From: Wolbachia endosymbiont of Cimex lectularius
GTDB lineage: Bacteria; Pseudomonadota; Alphaproteobacteria; Rickettsiales; Anaplasmataceae
Assembly: GCF_000829315.1 (NCBI RefSeq)
Contig: NZ_AP013028.1
Span: 1 to 32,000 of the forward strand
Reading direction: 5' to 3'
Length of the DNA stretch: 32,000 bases
This document shows positions 18,661 through 27,710 of this stretch, piece after piece (positions within the stretch are counted from its first letter, which is position 1; every line of letters begins with the position of its first letter). A model generated the notes under the pieces. It was not told where the DNA came from. It worked only from the letters and a program-made list of their open reading frames with translations, and did not search any database. Made by a program: the position numbers and the translations under genes.

Positions 18661-21264
18661 CTAAGTCAAGAGAAGTATATAACTCAACACTCCACCACTC
18701 ATTAAGTATTTCATCTCAGTTGCAGTTTGTACACAGCACTTAAGTTGAATGGATTGCTCTGAATTATCCTTTCTTTTTATGATAAATTCTAGATTTCCAT
18801 TTGGCACTATTTTACCTTTTATGCTTATTATCTCACTACCATCAAATATTTTTCTGGTTACTCCATCTTGAAATGCAAGCGGAAGAACACCCATACCGAC
18901 TAAGTTGGATCTGTGTATACGTTCAAAGCTTTCTGCAATTACAGCTTTAATTCCTAACAGCGCAGTACCCTTTGCTGCCCAGTCTCTGCTTGAACCTGTA
19001 CCATATTCTTTTCCTGCAACGACAACTAATGGAACAGCTTCTTCTTTATACCGCATTGCTGCATCAAAAATTGACATAGTCTCTTGAGAAGGAATGTGTT
19101 TTGTATAACCACCTTCATTGCTCACCATTTCGTTTCTTATTCTGATATTAGCAAAGGTTCCACGCATCATTACGTTGTGATTACCACGACGGGACCCATA
19201 TGAGTTGAAATCCTGTGGTTCAATTCCAAGACCTTTCAAATATATACCTGCAGGACTGTTTGAAGCAATATTTCCAGCAGGAGAAATGTGGTCAGTAGTT
19301 ACACTGTCGCCAAACATTGCCAGTATTCGCACACCCTTCATGTCGACCACGTTATTTTTATCATTCTCCATCGATAAATTATCAAAATAAGGAGGGTTTT
19401 GTATATAAGTGCTTTCCGTGTTCCAGTTGTAGATTTCACTTTTCTCACACTTTATCTTTTGCCAATGTTCGTCACCGGAGAAAACATTCTCATACTTTTG
19501 TATGAACATCTCACGCGTTACCACATTTTTAACACAATCTTCGATTTCACTGTTCGTTGGGCATATATCTTTGAGGTAAACGTCATTTCCATCCTTGTCT
19601 TTGCATATAGGATCTTTTGCTAAGTCAATCTGCACAGTACCTGCAAGTGCATACACAATAACAAGCGGTGGAGATGCTAAATAATTGGCTTTGACTAAAG
19701 GATGGATTCTTCCTTCAAAATTGCGATTACCAGATAAAACCGCGGCGACGGTTAAGTTTTTGCTTTTAATATCATTTTCTATATTTTTATTAAGCGGACC
19801 GGAATTTCCAATGCAGGTTGTGCAACCGTATCCAACCAAATTAAAGCCTAAAGCATTTAGATCTTGCTGTAGTCCTGATTTTTCTAAATATTCTGTTACA
19901 ACTTGTGATCCCGGGGCGAGAGAAGTTTTAACCCAAGGCTTTGATTTTATTCCAAGTTTAATCGCATTGCGAGCTACAAGACCAGCAGCAATCATCACAC
20001 TTGGGTTTGAGGTGTTGGTACAGCTTGTTATTGCTGCAATAACTACACTTCCATCTTGAAGTACATCACTTTCCTTTGACTCACTAATTGAAAATGATGT
20101 AGAAAAAGACTCTGCCACTTGTGAGAGAAAAACCTTATCTTGTGGTCTTTTTGGACCAGCCATTACTGGCTCCACGCTTGATAAATCAAGCTCTAGTACG
20201 TCAAAAAACGCCAACTCGTCACTGCTTCGCCACAGTCCTTGCTCTTTTGCATAGATTTCAACCAACTTAATCAGCTCTTCCGGCCTTCCGGTTAAGCTTA
20301 AATAATCTAGTGTTTTCTGATCAATAGGAAAAAACCCACAAGTTGCACCATACTCTGGAGCCATGTTGGCTATGGTTGCCCTATCTGCCACAGATAAATA
20401 ATCCAAACCATCACCATAAAATTCCACGAATTTGCCAACAACACCTTTTGTTCTTAAGATATTTGTGACTGTTAGCACTAGGTCAGTTGCAGTTACTCCT
20501 TCTGGAAGTTTTCCAATTAATTTAAATCCTATTACCTCTGGAATCACCATACTAATTGGCTGATCAAGCATCACAGATTCAGCTTCTATTCCCCCAACGC
20601 CCCAGCCAAGAACTGATAAGCTGTTGACCATAGTAGTGTGGCTGTCCGTGCCAACTAAGGTATCAGGATATACAACCCCATTATCGTTACATACAACTCG
20701 TGCTAAATACTCGATATTCACTTGGTGGCAAATTCCCGTGCCAGGCGGCACTACCCTAAAATTTGTGAAGGATGATTCGCCCCATTTCAAGAATTGATAT
20801 CTCTCCAAATTTCTTTTTACTTCCAGTTCAACGTTTTTACCAAATGCAGAAGCACTTGCATAACTATCTACTTGAACAGAATGGTCAATCACAAGATCAA
20901 CCGGTACAGACGGATTTATTTTGCTTGGATCACCTCCGCTTTTTTTCATATAACTACGCATTGACGCTAAATCGACAATAGCGGGAACTCCTGTAAAATC
21001 CTGCATCAATACCCTTGCTGGTTTGTAGCTAATTTCGTGATCAACGTGTTTCTCAACGCAACTTGCTAATGTTTTTATATCATCCAACTTTACGTTCGCT
21101 CCATCTTCGTTGCGCAATAAGTTCTCAAGCAATACCTTGAGCGAACAGGTTAATTTAGTTAGATCTATTCCTAAAAATCTACCAGCAGCGCTGAGGCTAA
21201 AGTAGCTATATGACTTTCCGTCAATGTTTAAAATTGTTTTTGAATTTAAAGAATTATTCATCAT
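18661..21264 (-). CDS. acnA: Aconitate hydratase A
   Basis: 867 aa; GTDSHTTMVNSLSVLGWGVGGIEAE, ITSCTNTSNPSVMIAAGL, YGCTTCIGNSGPL, SYGSRRGNHNVMMRGTFANIRIRN and YGTGSSRDWAAKG. Confidence 0.97.
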   Translation of the reverse strand: MMNNSLNSKTILNIDGKSYSYFSLSAAGRFLGIDLTKLTCSLKVLLENLLRNEDGANVKLDDIKTLASCVEKHVDHEISYKPARVLMQDFTGVPAIVDLASMRSYMKKSGGDPSKINPSVPVDLVIDHSVQVDSYASASAFGKNVELEVKRNLERYQFLKWGESSFTNFRVVPPGTGICHQVNIEYLARVVCNDNGVVYPDTLVGTDSHTTMVNSLSVLGWGVGGIEAESVMLDQPISMVIPEVIGFKLIGKLPEGVTATDLVLTVTNILRTKGVVGKFVEFYGDGLDYLSVADRATIANMAPEYGATCGFFPIDQKTLDYLSLTGRPEELIKLVEIYAKEQGLWRSSDELAFFDVLELDLSSVEPVMAGPKRPQDKVFLSQVAESFSTSFSISESKESDVLQDGSVVIAAITSCTNTSNPSVMIAAGLVARNAIKLGIKSKPWVKTSLAPGSQVVTEYLEKSGLQQDLNALGFNLVGYGCTTCIGNSGPLNKNIENDIKSKNLTVAAVLSGNRNFEGRIHPLVKANYLASPPLVIVYALAGTVQIDLAKDPICKDKDGNDVYLKDICPTNSEIEDCVKNVVTREMFIQKYENVFSGDEHWQKIKCEKSEIYNWNTESTYIQNPPYFDNLSMENDKNNVVDMKGVRILAMFGDSVTTDHISPAGNIASNSPAGIYLKGLGIEPQDFNSYGSRRGNHNVMMRGTFANIRIRNEMVSNEGGYTKHIPSQETMSIFDAAMRYKEEAVPLVVVAGKEYGTGSSRDWAAKGTALLGIKAVIAESFERIHRSNLVGMGVLPLAFQDGVTRKIFDGSEIISIKGKIVPNGNLEFIIKRKDNSEQSIQLKCCVQTATEMKYLMSGGVLSYILLLT

Positions 21265-21440
21265 GTATAACCATTATTTAAATGAAAAGACCCACAATCT
21301 TACCATTGCTGCAAAAACCTTAGGAATAAACATATTTAATCCTGATTGTCAATAGTAAACTGAGGCTAACCATTTTATGTCAAGTTTGATGAAAGCAAAA
21401 TAATTGCGATAGCTGGCTGGATTCAGATTTTTTAGCCATA

Positions 21441-21756
21441 GAAAAAAACTACTTGACAACCTTCATCAATCCCCCTATCATAGTATTGTGGGTGTTTAAA
21501 GCCTAAAATTTATCTTTAATCTTAGTATTAAGTGACAAAAGCACAGTATAAAACAAGGCGTGTTATGTTTAATTTTTGCAGCATGGACACTGCATGTCTT
21601 TATAATTTTTTGTCTACATTAGCTGGACCTCGCTTATTAAGCGGTGTAAGAGAGAACCGGACGCCAAGTTTTTGAGAGAACAGTAAACAACTCACATTGC
21701 GGGGTTTCTTTTGTCTTTTTTTTAAGTTAGTTAAAAATTTAACCAATCTCATTTTT
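21441..21756 (+). repeat. Dispersed repeat unit R4 (diverged) with embedded promoter
   Basis: gaaaaaaactacTTGACA (21453..21458)-N17-TATCAT (21476..21481). It carries gttatgtttaatttttgcagcatgg...gcatgtctttataattttttg and ends gcggggtttcttttgtcttttttt. Confidence 0.65.
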
Positions 21757-21768
21757 TTCACAAAAAAA

Positions 21769-21912
21769 CTGCTTGACAAGTTTCGACATTTCCCTTACCA
21801 TAAATTATGGGTATTTACAACCCCAAGGTCAGCTACTTGTCAAGCGTATAGAGCATTAACGCCAAGTTATTAAAATAGATATTGGCCAGGGCTTCTTTTG
21901 CCTTTTTTTAGC
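21769..21912 (+). repeat. Short dispersed repeat unit R4b with embedded promoter-like sequence
   Basis: aaactgcTTGACA (21773..21778)-N17-TACCAT (21796..21801), followed by acgccaagttattaaaatagatattggccagggcttcttttgccttttttt, resembling the last part of R3. Confidence 0.55.
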
Positions 21913-21984
21913 CTTGCTACTCGTTAGCGCCACGTTAACTAATCACACGGGATTGTGCAGTAGGCCTAGCTTAACATAAAAATT

Positions 21985-22013
21985 TTGACTTTTTGAAATT
22001 TTTTTATTACACT
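21985..22013 (+). promoter_or_regulatory. Candidate promoter for the J-domain/ankyrin gene
   Basis: TTGACT (21985..21990)-N17-TACACT (22008..22013), about 36 nt upstream of ATG 22049. An RBS-like aaggggta precedes the start codon. Confidence 0.35.
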
Positions 22014-22048
22014 CGAGTATAGTTCACCATTAGCAAGGGGTAGTTATT

Positions 22049-23356
22049 ATGAAAAAAGAAGAAGCTTTAAAAATATTAGGTTTTAGCGAGGGTGCTAATC
22101 CTGATGATGAATATGAAATTAGAAAAGCATATAGAAAATTAGCCCTAAAATATCATCCTGATAGACATTCAGGTGCAAGTAAGGATGTGCAAAAACAAAA
22201 CGAAGAGAAATTTAAAGAATTAGATGCTGCATATAAATTTTTTACTGGAGAAGATGCAAAAGAGGTTACAAATCTAATCAACAAAAATTTAGATGACATT
22301 AGGTCCCCTGAAGATTTGAAGTTTTACTTATATAAGGCTCTCTGCAATCAAGATATAGCGTTTCTTAAAAAGCTTTTTTCCAAATTCAAAAGCAGTAAGG
22401 GTGGAGAATTTGGTGATTACATCAATGAAATGCATTTCGAAAATTACTTGCCATTGACGATTGCTTTATTTGGCGCTAGAGATTCAGGGGATTTTAGTCT
22501 TTTGAACCTACTTTTAACAAATGGTGCTAATCCTAACATAAAAGTATATTATGACGAAACGCCATTATATTGTATCGGAATTCTTGAAGACAGTAGAATT
22601 GTGGAGCTACTGTTAAAACATGGCGCTAACCCTGATATAAAAAATGAGAGTGGTGGCACTCCATTAATTGTGGCTTCTGGTAAAGGGTATTATGAAACTG
22701 CCAAAATACTTTTGGAATACAAGGCTGATCTTAATATACAAGATAAGTATGGTAATACTCCATTAAGTAAAGCGTCTTTTAGGGGGCATTATAAAATTGT
22801 AGAACTGCTTTTGAAGCATGGTGCTGGTAAAGAAAGCGAAAGTGTCAATAAAGCACTACTTGAAGCAGTGCGATTTCATGAACATGGGCATGATAAGGAA
22901 AAAACCGTGGAACTACTCCTAAAGTATGGTGCAAATCCTAATGAAAAGAATTACCACATGAGATTAATAGAACGTGCTCCATATTTCGCTAATAGTGGGA
23001 TAATAAATTGCATTAAGAAGATTGTTTTGCCATATGGCAGCAATGACAAAGTTAAAAAGTTGATGGCTGAATACGGTGGCGTTGATAGATGCTATCTACG
23101 TGATCAAACGATACTGACTTGCTGTTGCCTGATAGTAGCTTCTGCTACTTTGTTTAGTATGGCTTCTCCTTGGCGTTATATACCGACAACGATATTTACA
23201 CTTGCCGCATGTTTTTTCGTTAAAAATGCTGTACAGTCAGCATTTTTTGCAAAAACAAAAGAACCTTCTCCTGAGTTTGCTGAAGTTATTACTGAAAAAG
23301 CTGTTGGGTCAAATGCCAAGGACAATTCTCAAGAAATCAATAGTGCATTAGTTTAA
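22049..23356 (+). CDS. J-domain / ankyrin-repeat protein with hydrophobic C-terminal segments
   Basis: 435 aa; N-terminal J-domain (DDEYEIRKAYRKLALKYHPDRH...EEKFKELDAAYKFF), about 4-5 ankyrin repeats (e.g. TPLIVASGKGYYETAKILLEYKADLNIQDKYGNTPLSKASFRGHYKIVELLLKHGA), then hydrophobic stretches ILTCCCLIVASATLFSMA and IPTTIFTLAACFFV. Confidence 0.88.
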   Translation: MKKEEALKILGFSEGANPDDEYEIRKAYRKLALKYHPDRHSGASKDVQKQNEEKFKELDAAYKFFTGEDAKEVTNLINKNLDDIRSPEDLKFYLYKALCNQDIAFLKKLFSKFKSSKGGEFGDYINEMHFENYLPLTIALFGARDSGDFSLLNLLLTNGANPNIKVYYDETPLYCIGILEDSRIVELLLKHGANPDIKNESGGTPLIVASGKGYYETAKILLEYKADLNIQDKYGNTPLSKASFRGHYKIVELLLKHGAGKESESVNKALLEAVRFHEHGHDKEKTVELLLKYGANPNEKNYHMRLIERAPYFANSGIINCIKKIVLPYGSNDKVKKLMAEYGGVDRCYLRDQTILTCCCLIVASATLFSMASPWRYIPTTIFTLAACFFVKNAVQSAFFAKTKEPSPEFAEVITEKAVGSNAKDNSQEINSALV

Positions 23357-23408
23357 CCAACAACTGCACGAACATTATGATTTAAGATTAATCTCAACCA
23401 GGAAGGAT

Positions 23409-23610
23409 GTCATTCCAGCGCGTGACGCACATCTGTACGAACATTGTGCTACTAGGAGGGTGTCATGCCAGTGCTTAACACTGGCATCCAGGAATTTTAT
23501 TAAGTTGGTGAGTATAAAAGTAGCTGTTTTATGTTAAAATACGACGTTTTAATGATTATGGAAATGGTGGATCCCAGTGTCGGAGCACTGGGATGACACC
23601 GTCTGTTAAG
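23409..23610. repeat. Dispersed repeat A containing CCAGTG-type hairpins
   Basis: Nearly identical to 26082..26290. Contains hairpins tgccagtgcttaacactggca and atcccagtgtcggagcactgggat. Confidence 0.9.
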
Positions 23611-23646
23611 CAAATTACCTGCTAATTGCAATGTTCGTACAGTTGT

Positions 23647-23762
23647 GTGCTTGATCACTGGCATCCAGAAATTTTATCAAGTAGGTGAGCATAAAAGTTG
23701 TGTTAAAATGCACCATTTTTATGGAAAACTAGATCCCAGTATCAAGTACTGGGATGACAAAA
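23647..23762. repeat. Diverged third copy (C) of the same hairpin repeat
   Basis: tggcatccagaaattttatcaagtaggtgagcataaaagttgtgttaaaatgcaccatttttatgg...gatcccagtatcaagtactgggatgac parallels repeat A. Confidence 0.75.
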
Positions 23763-23966
23763 AAGGAAGCGCTGGAATGACAAGAAATGGAGGCGTTGAG
23801 ATGACAGGAAGGGGCTACTTATATAACACCTTCCGGTGAGAGTTGCTCTCAAACTGCAATGTTTGTACAGTTGTAGAACGGCAGTATGATGTAGAGTGAA
23901 TAGCTTAACCATAAGGTGACAGAATTTTAAGAAAGCCCTATTATAGATAAACAATTTTACACATGT

Positions 23967-26015
23967 ATGAGTCTCAACGAGCAACCAGATGTGTTGGCCT
24001 TTCTAAATGGCAAGCTGGAGAATATACCTAAGTTTCATTCCATAATATTGCCTAAACTTTGTGGTGGAGATAGAGTAATGGACCTGCTGTTTTACAGGCC
24101 ACACAGTTATGTAGATAGAAGTAAATCGCTACTTGATGCTCAAGTTGGAGAACTTACAACTTTCACAGCAAAAGTTCATGAACATCAGCCACCCACTTTT
24201 AGGGGTAGGCCATATAAAATAGTCGTTAAAGGCGAAAGTCAGTATATATTCATAGTCTTTTTTAATTACTCAGTTAAATATTTATATAAATCATTTCCAA
24301 TTGGAGCCCATGTAATCATCAGTGGTAAACTTGACAAATTTGCTGGATATTGGCAAATTACTCACCCAGATTACGTATCGCTTAACATCGACCAATTTGA
24401 AGAGATAGCTCGCATAGAGCCGGTTTACCAATTATGTTGCGGCATTACTAACAAGAGTATTAAAAACATAATAAATTCCAATCTAAAAGAATTGCCTGAT
24501 TTGCCAGAGTGGATAGATGGTACATTAATCGAGCAAAAAAAATGGCTGAGTTGGAGAGAAAGCATTATAAAGCTGCACAGACCAAGGTCATTGGCAGAAG
24601 CGGAAGTTTGTCGGAAAAGGCTTGCCTATGATGAATTGTTTGCGTATCAACTAGCACTAAAGCTTGCAAGAGAAAATCACGTAAGAAAAGAGAGAAGAGA
24701 ATTTACAATATCTAATAAATATAAAGAGCAAGTTTTAAATGGATTGTCGTTCCAATTAACAAACGATCAAATTCGTGCAATAGATGAAATTTCTGAGAGA
24801 CAAAAATCCAAATACCGCATGGTAAGCTTGCTACAAGGTGATGTCGGTAGTGGCAAGACCGTGGTTGCACTTTTTACGATGCTGAGTGTGGTGGAAAACA
24901 ACATGCAGGCAGCTCTAATGGCACCAACTACTATCTTAGCAGAGCAACATTATAATTGGATCGAAGAGGCTTTATCTTGCACCGATATAAAAGTTGCTCT
25001 GCTTACTGGTAAAACTACGCGCAAAGAAAGAAAGACTATCATGAACGAACTTGCAAGTGGTATTTTAAATATAGTGGTTGGCACTCATGCATTGTTTCAA
25101 GCTAACGTTACATTTAAAAATTTAGGGCTTGCAGTCATAGACGAACAACAGCGGTTTGGGGTGATGCAGAGAAATCGTTTGGTAGGAAAGGGAGAAAATA
25201 CCGACATACTTTTTGTTACTGCCACTCCTATCCCAAGGACTTTGCAGCAAGCCATGTATGGCGATGTTGAATGCTCCGTTTTAAGGGAAAAACCAAAATC
25301 CAGGTTGCCAATAAAAACTGTTACTATGAACACCAAGAGGGTACCAGATATTATTGAAAGGCTCAAGGATGCTGTAAATAGGAGCGAAAAAGCATATTGG
25401 ATTTGTCCATATATAGAAGAAAACGAAGAACTAAATATTGTTGCAGCAGAGATGCGCTTTCAGGAATTGCAAAAAACATTTTTTGATAAAGTTGGAATAA
25501 TACACGGAAAACTAACTCAAGATCAGAAAGATCAAGCCATGTTTTCTTTCAAAAGAAATGAATTTTCCCTCCTAGTTGCAACAACTGTAATAGAAGTTGG
25601 TATAGATGTACCAGATGCAACCATTATGATTATAGAAAATGCAGAGCAATTTGGGTTATCGCAGTTACATCAGTTGAGAGGTAGGGTAGGGCGAGGAAGT
25701 AAGCCATCTTTTTGCGTATTACTATACGATAATCTAAGCAAAAGCTCATCTTCGAAGTTAAAGATCATGTGTGAGTCACAAGATGGATTTCACATTGCTG
25801 AGAAGGACATGATGCTGAGAGGCAGCGGAGATATCTTAGGCATAAAACAATCAGGATGCATGGAGTTTAAATTTAATGACTTATATAAAGATAGAGAGCT
25901 ACTCAACCTTGCATACAATAATGCGAAAGGTGCAATTGCTGAGAATAAATCTTTTGAACTACTACTTGATATATTTGAATATAGAAGTAGATTACATTTT
26001 TCAAAATTTCAGTGA
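23967..26015 (+). CDS. recG: ATP-dependent DNA helicase RecG
   Basis: 682 aa; Walker A LLQGDVGSGKT, MAPTTILAEQHY, DEQQRFGV, FVTATPIPRTL, IEVGIDVPDATIMIIENAEQFGLSQLHQLRGRVGRG. Confidence 0.97.
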   Translation: MSLNEQPDVLAFLNGKLENIPKFHSIILPKLCGGDRVMDLLFYRPHSYVDRSKSLLDAQVGELTTFTAKVHEHQPPTFRGRPYKIVVKGESQYIFIVFFNYSVKYLYKSFPIGAHVIISGKLDKFAGYWQITHPDYVSLNIDQFEEIARIEPVYQLCCGITNKSIKNIINSNLKELPDLPEWIDGTLIEQKKWLSWRESIIKLHRPRSLAEAEVCRKRLAYDELFAYQLALKLARENHVRKERREFTISNKYKEQVLNGLSFQLTNDQIRAIDEISERQKSKYRMVSLLQGDVGSGKTVVALFTMLSVVENNMQAALMAPTTILAEQHYNWIEEALSCTDIKVALLTGKTTRKERKTIMNELASGILNIVVGTHALFQANVTFKNLGLAVIDEQQRFGVMQRNRLVGKGENTDILFVTATPIPRTLQQAMYGDVECSVLREKPKSRLPIKTVTMNTKRVPDIIERLKDAVNRSEKAYWICPYIEENEELNIVAAEMRFQELQKTFFDKVGIIHGKLTQDQKDQAMFSFKRNEFSLLVATTVIEVGIDVPDATIMIIENAEQFGLSQLHQLRGRVGRGSKPSFCVLLYDNLSKSSSSKLKIMCESQDGFHIAEKDMMLRGSGDILGIKQSGCMEFKFNDLYKDRELLNLAYNNAKGAIAENKSFELLLDIFEYRSRLHFSKFQ

Positions 26016-26081
26016 ACTTCTCACATAGCCATATGAAAAATCAGTAATCCACTCTCTATATCATTCCGGCGCCCCTTCTTC

Positions 26082-26290
26082 TGTCATTCCAGCGCGTGAC
26101 GCACAACTGTACGAACATTGTGATTTGAGCCTACCACTAGGGTGTCATGCCAGTGTCAAGCACTGGCATCCAGGAATTTTATTAAGTTGGTGAGTATAAA
26201 AGTAGCTGTTTTATGTTAAAATACGACGTTTTGATGATTATGGAAATGGTGGATCCCAGTGTCGGAGCACTGGGATGACACCGTCTGTTA
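26082..26290. repeat. Dispersed repeat B (paralog of repeat A), ending at the IS
   Basis: ggtgtcatgccagtgtcaagcactggcatccaggaattttattaagttggtgagtataaaagtagctgttttatgtt...gacaccgtctgtta, then the IS inverted repeat. Confidence 0.9.
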
Positions 26291-27150
26291 GAACCTGTTT
26301 AAAATCTTCGTAACAGGAGAGAAATGAAGGAGAGGACTATCATCTGTAAGCTAGTGTTGAGCTTCCGCTCGCAATTTTTCCACAATCGCCTGCACTTTTC
26401 TAACCAGGCAAAAGAGCGTTCAACAACCCATCTTTTTGGCAATACGACGAAAGTGTGTAACTCACTTCGCTTTATTACTTCAACAGTCGCACCAATGATA
26501 GCTTTTATTTGTGTTGCAAAATTTTCTCCTGTGTAGCCAGCATCAACCAGTATGTTTTTAACTTCAGAGAGGTTTGCTTTAGCATTTTCGACCATTTTCA
26601 CAGCACTGCTACGGTCAGTTGCTTCTGCCGTTGTTACATAAATTGCATGTGGCAAACCTTGTGTATCAACTGCAATATGGCGCTTTATCCCTGAAATCTT
26701 TTTACCTGCATCATAGCCTTTTTTTTCAGCAGTATCTGCGTTTTTAACGCTTTGAGAATCAATTATACAAAAGCTAGTTTTCTCTTTCCGACCATTGCTG
26801 ATACGGACCTCTCCAACTAATTTTTTTTAAGACTAATTCCAACAAGCTTGGCTCTTCTCCATTCTTTTTACTCCACACTCGAAAATAGTAATATACGCTT
26901 TCCCATCTTGGAAAACCCTTTGGTAACATCCTCCACTGACAACCACTTTTTAAGACGTACAACACCCCACAAAATACGTCATACAAATCAAGTTTTCTTG
27001 GTTTTGTTTTCTGCTTGCTACTCTCCAAAATTGGCCTGATTTTTTCAAACTGCTCTTGACTTATATTACTTGGATAACTTTTCTGCATAGACACCTCATT
27101 ATTAATCTATGCTTACTTTACCTCACATTTCCAAGATTTTAAACAGGTTC
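26291..27150 (-). mobile_element. IS5-family insertion sequence, copy 2 (860 bp), inverted relative to copy 1
   Basis: Same 18-bp inverted repeats GAACCTGTTTAAAATCTT, same length, and identical translated ORFs. Flanks are TTA (left) and TAA (right), so there is no matching target duplication. Confidence 0.9.
26299..27088 (-). CDS. IS5-family transposase encoded in two frames (ORF A 26774..27088; ORF B to 26299)
   Basis: Predicted ORF A and the annotated portion of ORF B are identical to copy 1. The same A8 tract (T8 on the + strand, 26821..26828) lies in the ORF A/B overlap. Confidence 0.88.
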
Positions 27151-27557
27151 TAAAACTTGAGGATTAGCCTCTTGCTTGTCTCACTTTGCATCAAATCGAC
27201 TGGTTCCTGCAGTTCCTTATTAAAGCCCAGATCAGACTCACGCCACCTTTATGCCGAACACCGCCTACACAGTAATCAGGTTCCCTGTACGCTTTTAAGA
27301 GGAGAATGACTCACCCCTCCTTTCGATGTTCACTTCCAATTTCGACACGTTCATCAGTGGTTCACTCACGTTCGTCTTTCTGATCCACACCTTCCAGCTT
27401 ATATGCTGACTTTTCCTTAACGCTCATGACCCTATCTCTTAAATAGAGCCACTTAAGGTGGGTTGAAACCTGCTCCTGAAAACCGATTTCGAAGGACCTT
27501 CCTTCATCTTCAATAAAGCTTCTCACAAACATTATTCTGCTTGTTGCTGCAGCACAC
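27151..27557 (-). mobile_element. Possible 5' fragment of a group II intron, cut off at the IS
   Basis: On the minus strand it starts with a GTGTG-like 5' end and continues with GC-richer structured sequence (...cagggaacctgattactgtgtaggcggtgttcggcataaaggtggcgtgagtctgatctgggctttaataaggaactgcaggaacc...). This resembles group II intron domain I as I recall it. No reverse transcriptase ORF is present. Confidence 0.4.
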
Positions 27558-27710
27558 CATCATTTTTAGGGTCGAGAAATTTTGAGAAAGCCACGACTAT
27601 AGTACTTAAAAATATTAATAATTATACACAATTCTGTAGAAATATTCAATCTTTTTGTTTCGGATGTATTGGCCTACGAACCCAAGCCTCATCTTGAATT
27701 GCAACTATAT

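Noticed and set aside
22049-22258. Housekeeping dnaJ or other co-chaperone gene
   Set aside because: Only the J-domain is present. Ankyrin repeats and hydrophobic segments replace the G/F, zinc-finger and C-terminal domains of DnaJ.
23409-23762. Possible CRISPR-like array because similar units recur with spacing
   Set aside because: Units are about 120-200 bp, internally palindromic and diverged, with no short regular repeats or unique spacers and no cas genes.
23645-23839. 64-aa ORF MCLITGIQKFYQVGEHKSC...
   Set aside because: It consists of hairpin-repeat DNA (copy C) read as protein, with no coding support.
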